In this document: piece after piece, positions 37,172 to 46,081 of the stretch
Layout: every line of letters begins with the position of its first letter
Numbering within the stretch: position 1 is the stretch's first letter
Made by a program: the position numbers and the translations under genes
The notes under the pieces: model-generated
The model's input: the letters and a program-made list of their open reading frames with translations, nothing else
Told to the model about the DNA's origin: nothing
The model's database searches: none
Assembly (NCBI GenBank): GCA_944362965.1
Contig: CALVTR010000002.1
Location: forward strand, 16,145-80,144
DNA length: 64,000 bases
Direction of reading: 5' to 3'
Source: an uncultured Clostridia bacterium
Lineage (GTDB): Bacteria > Bacillota > Clostridia > Christensenellales > UBA1242

Positions 37172-37241
37172 TGTTTTCTCCTTTTATATTTATTTTTTAA
37201 TAAATCCGCATGAAAAAACTTGAGCTTTAAATAAAACTTTG

Positions 37242-37424
37242 GGCGGAGCAGAAAAAGGCACAAAAGCGTGAGAGTAGCACTCACAAAAGAAAGCAAACTT
37301 AAGAATAAAAGCAAACTTATCAGCCCTTAAATGGTGAACATGCAAGGTTACAGGTCTACGCATGCTTTCTTTTAAAAAATTAAATGAAATTTAATTTTTG
37401 CTTTTGTGCCGATTGCTGTTTGCC
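37242..37424. other. closed four-way-junction structured element, copy E (expanded)
   Basis: Closing stem GGCACAAAAGC (37257-37267) / GCTTTTGTGCC (37400-37410). Hairpins 37268-37284, 37285-37373 (11-bp base with a 67-nt insert) and 37375-37399. An outer second stem pairs 37242-37251 with 37416-37424. Confidence 0.65.
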
Positions 37425-37562
37425 TATTCCATACCGATTGTTGTTTTCTTTATAAAGATAGTTTCAGCTTAATACAGTTTCAAATAATAAAAAATATACA
37501 AATTAAAGATGAAAGATTTTATAAAAACACGATATTTTTTTAATGTGAGCTAAAAAAACTTT

Positions 37563-38354
37563 TTATACATGCTTTTTTATGTTTCGCTTTATATAGCCCA
37601 TTAGTCCACGATACTTATATGTGCAATCAAAAATTTTCTTTGAGCCGTTGTGAATATTCTCACTTAGCAGTGTGAAAGCCCTTGCACTTTCTATTGATTG
37701 CACTCGTCCGCCAAGTGAGTTTGATGCCCCTATTGCGTCATCTTCTGGAATGACGCCAAGAAGTGGCAGGTTTAACGCCCTGACTATATTTTCAACGGTC
37801 ATCATTTCGCCATTTAAAAGTAGGTCTCCCCGCACTCTATTTATAACTAAGCCTTTATATTCAATATCATACTCATCTAAAAGCCCTATAACCTTATCGG
37901 CATCTCTGATTGATGAAAGGTGCGGAGTTACCACAATTATAGCTTCATTCGCTGGAAACACCGCCCTATGAAAGCCCGCTTCAACACCTGCTGGGCAATC
38001 TATCAAGATATAGTCAAAACTTGTGTCAAGCTGGTCAATCACATTTTTGATATGCTCGCCCATTATATTTGTTTTGTTATAGGCATGAGCTGAAGGCAAT
38101 ATATAAAGTGATGAGATATTCTTGTCTTGAACAAGAGCCTGGCGTGGTCTGCATCTGCCCATAATCACATCTGTGATATCAAAAACAACTTGGTCTTCAA
38201 CTCCCATGACAACGTCAAGATTATTAAGACCGATATCAACATCAAAAAGCACCACTCTGAAGCCAAGTTTTGCTAGATACATGCCTAGATTTGCACATAT
38301 TGTTGTTTTACCTACACCGCCTTTGCCGCTTGTCAAAACAATCTTTCTTGCCAT
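37563..38354 (-). CDS. minD: septum site-determining ATPase MinD
   Basis: MARKIVLTSGKGGVGKTT deviant Walker A. C-terminal amphipathic helix (LMGYIKRNIKK). AAGGAG SD. The track start 39 nt earlier is rejected. Confidence 0.85.
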   Translation of the reverse strand: MARKIVLTSGKGGVGKTTICANLGMYLAKLGFRVVLFDVDIGLNNLDVVMGVEDQVVFDITDVIMGRCRPRQALVQDKNISSLYILPSAHAYNKTNIMGEHIKNVIDQLDTSFDYILIDCPAGVEAGFHRAVFPANEAIIVVTPHLSSIRDADKVIGLLDEYDIEYKGLVINRVRGDLLLNGEMMTVENIVRALNLPLLGVIPEDDAIGASNSLGGRVQSIESARAFTLLSENIHNGSKKIFDCTYKYRGLMGYIKRNIKKHV

Positions 38355-38493
38355 TTTTATCTCCTTGACTTTAATTTTAGCAAAGCATGGCAAATAAATA
38401 AAGTGAAGAAATGTCGTTTTTGCCTTGTTTTTGTCTTATTTTAGGCATTTATAAACTCTATTTTGTTTCAATGATTTTGGCTATTGATAATAA

Positions 38494-38525
38494 CAAAAAA
38501 GATAGACTTATGTTGTCTATCTTTT
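38494..38525 (-). terminator. intrinsic terminator after the mreB-like gene
   Basis: AAAGATAGAC/GTCTATCTTT stem followed by TTTTTTG on the minus strand. Confidence 0.7.
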
Positions 38526-38527
38526 AA

Positions 38528-39529
38528 CTATGTGTTTTCATATATCTTTTGCAAAAGTTCTGGGTCGTCAAGCAGTTTGCCTGCACCTAAGATTGAAACA
38601 TTTTCGCCATCTTCAACTATTCTAAATGGATAGCGGAAGTTTTGTCTTAAATATTTATCAAGCCCTGCAATTTGACTCATTCCCCCAACAAATAAAACGC
38701 CATTGTTTATGATATCGGTTGTTATTTCTGGCGGCAGAGATGTGATTGTAACGTCAAGTGACCTTATAATTTCGTCAAAGAATGGTTCAAGCACCACAAG
38801 CAAATCATTGGATGAAATTATGTATGAGCGTGGAACTTTGCTTTCTATATCAACTCCTGTGACTTCCATATTTAAGGTGTCATTTGGATAAAGGCTGCCA
38901 ACTTCAATTTTTAGCCGCTCGCTTGTGCCTAAGCCGATGACTAGACCCTGATTATAGGCTATGGTGTCTGCAATAGCAACGTCTACAGCACGTCCACCCA
39001 GTCCTAGTGTTGCACCTTTTATTATAGAGTTCATATTTACAACGGCAATATCTGTGTTTGCTCCGCCAATATTTACTATCATATTTGTTTTTGTTGAGCT
39101 GATATTCTTGCCTGCTCCGATACATGAGCATATAACCGTTGGGATTAAGATGACTTCTTTAAAACCAAGTTCATAAAGGAGAGATAAGAAGGTGTCTTTA
39201 TCTTTTTGAGATAGCCCGCAATTTATAAGCACCATTATTGAATCACGTTTCTTTTTGAAGTCTAGTTTTGCAAAGAAATATTCAAGGAGTGCTTTCAAAT
39301 ATTCATAATTTTTTATCTGTCCGTTTGATATTGGGCTGAAAACTTCAACACTATCATTGGTCTTGCCCATCATCTTTTTAGCTTCGCTGCCAAGCCCTAT
39401 AATTTGATAGCCTTGTGGCGTTGGCTCTGCCGCCACCAAAGTAGGTTCACAAAGGACAAAGCCATAGTCTTTAACATAGATTTTTGTGTTTGAACCGCCT
39501 ATCTCAATCGCATACTTATATTTGTTCAT
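38528..39529 (-). CDS. MreB/Mbl-family actin-like protein
   Basis: Phosphate-1 IEIGGSNTKIY, phosphate-2 VNIGGANTDIAV, LGGRAVD, adenosine VGGMSQIAGLDKYL. Confidence 0.7.
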   Translation of the reverse strand: MNKYKYAIEIGGSNTKIYVKDYGFVLCEPTLVAAEPTPQGYQIIGLGSEAKKMMGKTNDSVEVFSPISNGQIKNYEYLKALLEYFFAKLDFKKKRDSIMVLINCGLSQKDKDTFLSLLYELGFKEVILIPTVICSCIGAGKNISSTKTNMIVNIGGANTDIAVVNMNSIIKGATLGLGGRAVDVAIADTIAYNQGLVIGLGTSERLKIEVGSLYPNDTLNMEVTGVDIESKVPRSYIISSNDLLVVLEPFFDEIIRSLDVTITSLPPEITTDIINNGVLFVGGMSQIAGLDKYLRQNFRYPFRIVEDGENVSILGAGKLLDDPELLQKIYENT

Positions 39530-39630
39530 ATCTGTCTCTCCATTAAAAATTTTCTGTCATTTAAAATTTTACTAAAAAACTGCATTAAAACTTACTTATA
39601 AAGATAAAAAGGCATTCTTTTATAAATGCC

Positions 39631-41112
39631 CTATATTATCTGTAAACTTTTCTTGTATACCTTTCTGTAATCTTGGGCAACCTTCATCCCCTCAAGTATC
39701 TCATAAGTTGCATCGCCTTCAACAACTGTTTTCATGATAATTGAATCACCTAAGATATCGCAAACTATATCTTGAATTATTGGTTTTTGTGATGCGTTGA
39801 GTGCAACCGCAAGCTTGACAATTATTCCAAGTTTTCTTACAGCGTCTAGGTCTTCTTCTGTTAAGATATCTTTGTATTTAATCCAATCATTGAGTGAAAA
39901 GTCATCTAAGTTCTGGCATACGCAGATAAAGCCTGCAATAAGAAGCTCTCTATGAGTAACACCCGCTAATTCTGAATAAACTATCTTTTCAAAACCATAT
40001 TTTGTGTAATTTTCGCTATTGATGCACTTGCCACAGTCATACATATATGATGCAATTCTAAGTGGTTTTACATAGAATCTTGGTAATTTGTGCATAACTT
40101 TGAGTTGTTTAAATAGTATTGTTGCCATGTTGTATACATGACTATTTATTGAAAACTCGTCATTGTTAAATTCATAGTAGCTTTCAAGTGAATTTGAAAG
40201 AAGGTCATTGAATTTTTCTTGACTTGCATTTAAAATATTGATTTGAAGTAGTCCTGCCCTTAAATTTGCAGTTGAAATTGTGACTTCTTTGATTGACAAA
40301 AGCTCAAATATAGCCTTTATTATTGCAAAGCCCACAACAATTCTATCTGCACTATCATAGTCTATACCCTTGATTTTTTTAATCTTATCAAGGTCAAGTC
40401 CTTTTACAAACTGATATGTTTTTTCCATATTAGATGATGTGAGTTGGAAATTGTTGTCTACGTCTAGTGGATAGCGTTGAATCTTCTTTGCTATTCTTCC
40501 CATTGAAATAAAGCTGTCGCCAAGCCCTACAAACTTGCTATCTTCTTCTAAATCTTGTAAAACGCCGTCAAGTGCTATCTTCTTCTTTATTTCGTCAACA
40601 GTTTTATCAGCGTTTCCTTCTATCTTTGTGTTGTATGTGCCGATTGGCAATATACTGCTGCCGAGTATTGCACGCCTATTATATTTTACAATATAAGAAA
40701 CATAAGCTCCAACATATACAAACACGCCTTTTGCACTATCTATGCTATTGACAACGGCATTGAATAGATTTTTGATATAATCTTCATCGCTGAGTATAAC
40801 AAAGTTAAGACCTGTGTTATTATAGATTTCATCTAAAAATCCCCTATAATTTCTTGCCTTCAAAATAACATTTGTTGTCACTGCTATTATTTTGCCCACG
40901 CTGTAGCTTTCTATCATCTTTCGATAAACCTTAAGCACTTCCAAAAGTTCATTCTTTGTGTTAGGGTTTATTAGCTCGTCTTTATCAAGCTCTTCACCTA
41001 GTGCGACATTTTGATTTTTGCAAAGCGACAGCATACTCTTGCCATTGCTAACTTTATATATAGATAACTTGAGTGCCTTTTCATTAAGCTCAATTATTGC
41101 TACTTTTTCCAT
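39631..41112 (-). CDS. Ppx/GppA-family-like protein with degenerate catalytic motifs
   Basis: 493 aa with ASKHA-fold N-terminal half plus an HD-like C-terminal half. It reads AIIELNEKALKLSIY where I recall DLGSNS, and MYDCGK where I recall HD. Confidence 0.5.
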   Translation of the reverse strand: MEKVAIIELNEKALKLSIYKVSNGKSMLSLCKNQNVALGEELDKDELINPNTKNELLEVLKVYRKMIESYSVGKIIAVTTNVILKARNYRGFLDEIYNNTGLNFVILSDEDYIKNLFNAVVNSIDSAKGVFVYVGAYVSYIVKYNRRAILGSSILPIGTYNTKIEGNADKTVDEIKKKIALDGVLQDLEEDSKFVGLGDSFISMGRIAKKIQRYPLDVDNNFQLTSSNMEKTYQFVKGLDLDKIKKIKGIDYDSADRIVVGFAIIKAIFELLSIKEVTISTANLRAGLLQINILNASQEKFNDLLSNSLESYYEFNNDEFSINSHVYNMATILFKQLKVMHKLPRFYVKPLRIASYMYDCGKCINSENYTKYGFEKIVYSELAGVTHRELLIAGFICVCQNLDDFSLNDWIKYKDILTEEDLDAVRKLGIIVKLAVALNASQKPIIQDIVCDILGDSIIMKTVVEGDATYEILEGMKVAQDYRKVYKKSLQII

Positions 41113-41287
41113 CTTTACCTCTACTTAAATCTATAGCTTCTACTGGGCAACTTGCCTGACATGCCCCGCATCTTATACACTTATTTGTGTCAATAACTGC
41201 TTTGCCATCGCTGTCAAAGCTTATTGCACCAACTGGGCAAATGGCAACGCAAGTTCCGCATCCGATACACTTTGTTTTGTCTACCAC
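41090..41287 (-). CDS. 2x[4Fe-4S] ferredoxin
   Basis: CIGCGTCVAICP and CIRCGACQASCP. Start set at a GTG 8 nt after GGAGG (the track ORF starts 42 nt earlier). The 3' end overlaps the next gene by 23 nt. Confidence 0.75.
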   Translation of the reverse strand: MVDKTKCIGCGTCVAICPVGAISFDSDGKAVIDTNKCIRCGACQASCPVEAIDLSRGKDGKSSNN

Positions 41288-41338
41288 GTTATATTCCTCC
41301 GTCTGAGACATTTTAGCATATTTTCGCAAGAATGTAAA

Positions 41339-41713
41339 CTAATTTTTAAACACTTTTATAACTTCAAATATAGATAATATACACAAAAAGACGCCAAAAG
41401 CAATTTTTAACACCTTGCTTGGCAAAAAACCAGCAAGAAGAGCTGATAAACATGAAAAAATAACGCCGCTTATGATGATATAAAATATACCTTTAGTCTG
41501 CAGGTAGCCATTTTTGTAGTGAATAATTAGTGCAAACACTGCCATAACTAAAAATGAGACCAAATTTATACCTTGACAGAGCTTCTGGTCAAGCCCTAAA
41601 AAAATTGTAAGCAAGGGTATCAAAATAGTTCCGCCACCCATGCCAAGACCGCCAAAGATGCCAGCTAAAAATCCAAAGAGAACATATAAAAAAATCGTTA
41701 AATAGATGCTCAT
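41339..41713 (-). CDS. half-size TSUP (TauE/SafE, DUF81) membrane protein, 4 TM
   Basis: 124 aa. G-rich first helix FGGLGMGGGTILIPLL. Confidence 0.7.
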   Translation of the reverse strand: MSIYLTIFLYVLFGFLAGIFGGLGMGGGTILIPLLTIFLGLDQKLCQGINLVSFLVMAVFALIIHYKNGYLQTKGIFYIIISGVIFSCLSALLAGFLPSKVLKIAFGVFLCILSIFEVIKVFKN

Positions 41714-42240
41714 AATATTAGTTTTATACCCCCTGCTAGCATAATTATTGCAAATATCAGTCTGATTGCTTTAGGCGGCAAAAACTTTAAAGCAAACGCA
41801 CCGAGTAGCCCGCCTGCTACCACGCCAAGCCCAATGGTCAAAAGTGGAAAGGACTGAATATAGCCATTGATTACATAAATAAACGCAGAGATTAGGCTGA
41901 GTGGAAAGATAACAGCAATAGCTGTTGCATGAGACTGCTTTGCATCAAGTGAAAGCACCTTCTGCAAGATGGGCACGCAAATCATGCCGCCACCGCCGCC
42001 AAAAAATCCATTTAAAAAACCTATCGCTGCACCGCTTAGGAAAAGCAAAAGTTTTTCTTTTTTAGAAAATTTTTTGCCGATTTTTCGCGAATTTGCTTTA
42101 TTTTCTTTTCTCTCCTTTTTATTCGGCAAATTTTGCACGACAAATCTATTTTTTCTAAAATTTTTTCTTATAATGTCTTTAGCTTTTGCACAATTTAAAT
42201 TACGGCATATTTTCTTTATGCACTCGTTATTATTTATCAT
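41710..42240 (-). CDS. half-size TSUP (TauE/SafE, DUF81) membrane protein, 4 TM, with basic N-terminal extension
   Basis: FFGGGGGMICVPIL motif. ATGA overlap with the downstream half. No SD; CATAAT lies 6 nt upstream of the ATG. Start uncertain. Confidence 0.6.
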   Translation of the reverse strand: MINNNECIKKICRNLNCAKAKDIIRKNFRKNRFVVQNLPNKKERKENKANSRKIGKKFSKKEKLLLFLSGAAIGFLNGFFGGGGGMICVPILQKVLSLDAKQSHATAIAVIFPLSLISAFIYVINGYIQSFPLLTIGLGVVAGGLLGAFALKFLPPKAIRLIFAIIMLAGGIKLIL

Positions 42241-42272
42241 ACAATTATTATGAATAAATATGTAAAAATTAT

Positions 42273-42301
42273 TTGATTATAAAGAAAAAATGTTGTATAC
42301 T
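42273..42301 (+). promoter_or_regulatory. sigma-A-type promoter (TTGATT-17-TATACT)
   Basis: -35 at 42273-42278, -10 at 42296-42301, upstream of the 1,142-aa gene. Confidence 0.6.
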
Positions 42302-42381
42302 ACTAAGGTAAATGTCTACGGCATGATATATTTTTTTGTTTTATGCCAAGATTGCTTAACTATTTTTAAAAAGGTGGATTT

Positions 42382-45300
42382 ATGATTAAAACTAGAAATA
42401 AACTTAAGTCAACTAAATCAAAACTTTTAAAGTTATGTGTCGCTTTTTTGTTTCCTTTTACACTCTTAGGCGGACTTGCTTCAATCTCTTCGGTAACTGA
42501 TGCGGCAACTGCTGATTATGTGACCTATTATCAAGAAAGTGTTAGTGTGACAAACCCTTCCTTTGAAGAAGGCTCAACCCCTTACGCAACAGGCAACTCA
42601 CTTTCTGGTTGGACGGCTATAGAATCATCTTCTACAGCTCAAGGTATGCTTATTGACGTTGGCTCTGGCACTTCAAGTGATGGTAGCACCAATACAACCT
42701 TTTCTAATTATCAAGACGTGTATATGCTTCAATCTAACCCTGGCTCTAGAGGTGACGACAACAGAATTTTGATGATCAACTCAAAGCATAACAGTTCTGA
42801 CTCTAATGTCTACGCTTCAAAAGGTTACAGGTCTAGTTCAATCACGCTTGATGCAAACTCATACTATAGATTTACTGTTTCTGCTAAGACAATGACCAAT
42901 GGTGATGACAGTGCTTATGCTTCAATCTATGTTTCAGGGCTTGTTGATAGTGACGGCAATTCTATTGAAGCTGGAGTTGAAAACATCACTTCTAATGTAT
43001 GGAGCGAATACTACATCTTTGTTGCTACAGGTGATGAAAGTCAAACAGTAACTATTGACCTTTATCTTGGTGGCAACGACTCTATGACAAGCACTGGCGT
43101 TGTTTTCTTTGATGAAGTCAACGTTAACAGATACTCTGAAAATGCTTTCTATGATTCTTGCTATGAGTTTAATTATGCAGGTGTTGATACCCTTGACGAT
43201 TTAAATAATAGATGCTGCTTTGTTATTGACACGTTGCAAGATAACTCTGCTGTGATTGACACAACTGGTTATAATTTTGACTTTGAAGATAAAATAGCAT
43301 CTGCAAACACACTTGGTGAGAGTTGGACAAGAGTTGGAAGCTCTAGTGGTCATGCAATTATCGCAGATGTCCGCAATATGCAACCTGCTGATTTTACAGC
43401 GTTGACTGGCGGCTATTCTTATGTTGGTGATGACCTAAGTTATGGAAACAGCCAAACTCTCATTCTTTACACTGGCGAAGATGGCGGTTATGTTGGCGTT
43501 GAATCAAAAGATTTTGACATAAAAGCACACGTAATTTATAAAATTTCAGTAAATATGAAAGTTTCTGACACTATGTCAAGCGGTGCTTTCTATGTTAAAG
43601 TTCAAGAAAATGACAGTATTTATAGTCTTTACCCTAACCTTTTGACTGACGATGAAGATGATAGCAACAGCTCACTTCAATATTACGCTCTTCAAAATGG
43701 GCAGACAAGTGGTTATTCTTCAAATGTTGATAATAATTTTGTCAACGACTATCAAACTATAGAAATTTACGTTAAAGGACATTCTCTATATGATAGTTCT
43801 ATCAATATTCAGCTTTGGCTTGGCGATTCAACAACTTCGGCAAATGGCTGTGTTGTTGTTGACAATATCACAATCGAATATGCCACAAATGAAGAATATG
43901 CTGCAGCATCAAATAGTGTTGAGCTTGCTTCATTCTCGTCTACTCCTTCTAGTATTACAAACTCATATTTCAACGTTACAAACAATGATGAGCACGCTTT
44001 AAACTACCCTATCGCTGCATCTGATTGGACAACTGCGGTTGAAGATGAAAGATATAACGAAAGTGGCATTATCTACCTTTATAATGCTGAGCACTACAAA
44101 GAAACTTACGCTGGCAAGTATAGTTGGGCTAGAATATATCCTGGACACCCTAATAACACAACAGGCGTTGACCTGCCAAATAACGTTTATATGATGTATA
44201 ACAATAGAAATAGCTATCAATCACTCACGTCGGCTAGCTACAACCTTGCAAGCAATTCATACTATAAACTTTCATTTGATTATTATAACCAAGACATATC
44301 AAATCTAAATCCTTCAGAGATAAAAGTTGAAGTGATTGACGGAAATGGCATCACGCTGTTCTCACAAGACGGTATTGCAAGCACTGGCAGATGGAACTCA
44401 ATGAATATCTACTTCCACACTGCTGAGACCGTTTCTCATGATATTCAAGTTGTTGTTTCACTTGGAAGTGAAGATAATAAGGTGGCTGGAATTGTTTATC
44501 TTGACAATTTCATTGTTGAAAGTTCTAGTGAAGATGAGTTTAATTCAACTGATGCATATTACAAAGCAGACTTAACCGATTATTACCTTAACTTAACAGT
44601 AAACGGCGAAGTTTCAAATGAAATTCAAACTTCACCTGCATATAACCTTAGCATTGACCAGATTTATGATAGTAACCTGACAGATGCTGACGAGGCAAAT
44701 TGTGCAGCAGCTGGTATTATAAGTGGAAGTGATAACCCATATGGTGAAGATTATAAACTTAACGATTCAAATTATCTTGCAATTCAAACAAAATATGCAA
44801 GTAGTGCAACTTTGACATCTGCCTATACACTTTCTTTGACTTCTGGTTCATACTACAAATTGACATTTGACCTTGCAACAATATTCAACGTGGGTGCTGA
44901 TAACGCAAGCACTGACGAACATGAATGTGCTTATGGTGTTACTGTTACTATTGACGGCTATGACGCAATCACAGAAATCGTCAATGATGGGCAACTTCAT
45001 GAGTATACAATTTATTTAAGTGCATCGGCTGACTCAACCCCTACTATCGCTTTTACTCTTGTTTCTGATTGCAATGAAACTCTTGGTCTTGCACTGATAA
45101 CTCACATTGATTTCACTTCTGTTGAAGAAACAGAATACACAAATGCAAGCATTTCACCTGTTTATAATCAGCGTGTATTTGTTGCAGAAGCTAGTGCGAC
45201 TGAAGATGACACAACTACTGACGACGATACTTCAGACGACACTACAACTGATGACACTACCCCAAGTAACACTGCTTGGTTTGCAATTCCTTCAATAATC

Positions 45301-45810
45301 TTTGCAGTGGCTATTCTTGTTGCGATTATTGGATTTGCATTAAGACATGTTAAACTTAAGAAGATTGAAAGAATTAGAAAGGAAAGCTATGATAGAAAAT
45401 TATCTGCTAACCACGACGTAATTCTCGTTGAAGCCCAAAAGAGAAGAGACAAAGAAGTAGCGGACCTTATGCAAGCTAAGAAAGTTCTTGAAGGTGACAG
45501 AGCTAAGCTTGAACAAGAACACAAGGATTTTGTTAAAGAAAATCAACTTGCAAGCAAAGGCAAGATCTCTAGAGAACTTGAAAAAGAACTTAAAACTTAT
45601 AACCTTAATATCATTAGAATTGACGAAAAAATCAATATAATTAAGGAAAAAATTGACACCGTTATGTCGGCTGACTACCTGCTCTCACTTGAGCGAAAGA
45701 TAGTTGCTGAAGAAGATGACGCTTATAGAAAAGAGAAAAAAGCTTACAAAGCAAGTCTTAAAAATAAAGGCGTAAATAATAAGCCTAGTGATAACGGCGA
45801 AAATAAATAG
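42382..45810 (+). CDS. 1,142-aa type-I membrane protein: signal peptide, four CBM-like jelly-roll modules, T/D-rich linker, TM helix, coiled-coil cytoplasmic tail
   Basis: AAGGTGG SD. Signal peptide ending SVTDA-A. Modules end in FFDEVNV, VVDNITI, YLDNFIV, ITHIDFT. TM helix AWFAIPSIIFAVAILVAIIGFAL. K/E-rich tail. Confidence 0.8.
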   Translation: MIKTRNKLKSTKSKLLKLCVAFLFPFTLLGGLASISSVTDAATADYVTYYQESVSVTNPSFEEGSTPYATGNSLSGWTAIESSSTAQGMLIDVGSGTSSDGSTNTTFSNYQDVYMLQSNPGSRGDDNRILMINSKHNSSDSNVYASKGYRSSSITLDANSYYRFTVSAKTMTNGDDSAYASIYVSGLVDSDGNSIEAGVENITSNVWSEYYIFVATGDESQTVTIDLYLGGNDSMTSTGVVFFDEVNVNRYSENAFYDSCYEFNYAGVDTLDDLNNRCCFVIDTLQDNSAVIDTTGYNFDFEDKIASANTLGESWTRVGSSSGHAIIADVRNMQPADFTALTGGYSYVGDDLSYGNSQTLILYTGEDGGYVGVESKDFDIKAHVIYKISVNMKVSDTMSSGAFYVKVQENDSIYSLYPNLLTDDEDDSNSSLQYYALQNGQTSGYSSNVDNNFVNDYQTIEIYVKGHSLYDSSINIQLWLGDSTTSANGCVVVDNITIEYATNEEYAAASNSVELASFSSTPSSITNSYFNVTNNDEHALNYPIAASDWTTAVEDERYNESGIIYLYNAEHYKETYAGKYSWARIYPGHPNNTTGVDLPNNVYMMYNNRNSYQSLTSASYNLASNSYYKLSFDYYNQDISNLNPSEIKVEVIDGNGITLFSQDGIASTGRWNSMNIYFHTAETVSHDIQVVVSLGSEDNKVAGIVYLDNFIVESSSEDEFNSTDAYYKADLTDYYLNLTVNGEVSNEIQTSPAYNLSIDQIYDSNLTDADEANCAAAGIISGSDNPYGEDYKLNDSNYLAIQTKYASSATLTSAYTLSLTSGSYYKLTFDLATIFNVGADNASTDEHECAYGVTVTIDGYDAITEIVNDGQLHEYTIYLSASADSTPTIAFTLVSDCNETLGLALITHIDFTSVEETEYTNASISPVYNQRVFVAEASATEDDTTTDDDTSDDTTTDDTTPSNTAWFAIPSIIFAVAILVAIIGFALRHVKLKKIERIRKESYDRKLSANHDVILVEAQKRRDKEVADLMQAKKVLEGDRAKLEQEHKDFVKENQLASKGKISRELEKELKTYNLNIIRIDEKINIIKEKIDTVMSADYLLSLERKIVAEEDDAYRKEKKAYKASLKNKGVNNKPSDNGENK

Positions 45811-45821
45811 GATTTAAGTTA

Positions 45822-45853
45822 AAAAAAGTGTGCCTTAAGTGCACACTTTTTTG
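45822..45853 (+). terminator. intrinsic terminator
   Basis: AAAGTGTGC/GCACACTTT stem followed by TTTTTG. Confidence 0.8.
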
Positions 45854-46081
45854 TTTAATAATAAAAATAATAAAATATTTTTGTTTTTTATTTAAAATAA
45901 TTAAATATTCATAATTAGACAAATTAAATAAAAAAATATTAAATAATTTAATAGGGAATTTAAAAACAAATATATTTAAAGTCAAAATAAGAATTTTTAA
46001 AATATTTTTTAATTTTTAATTAATTTATTTGAAAAAATAAGTATTTTTTATATAATAATTATATATTTATAAGGAGCTATT

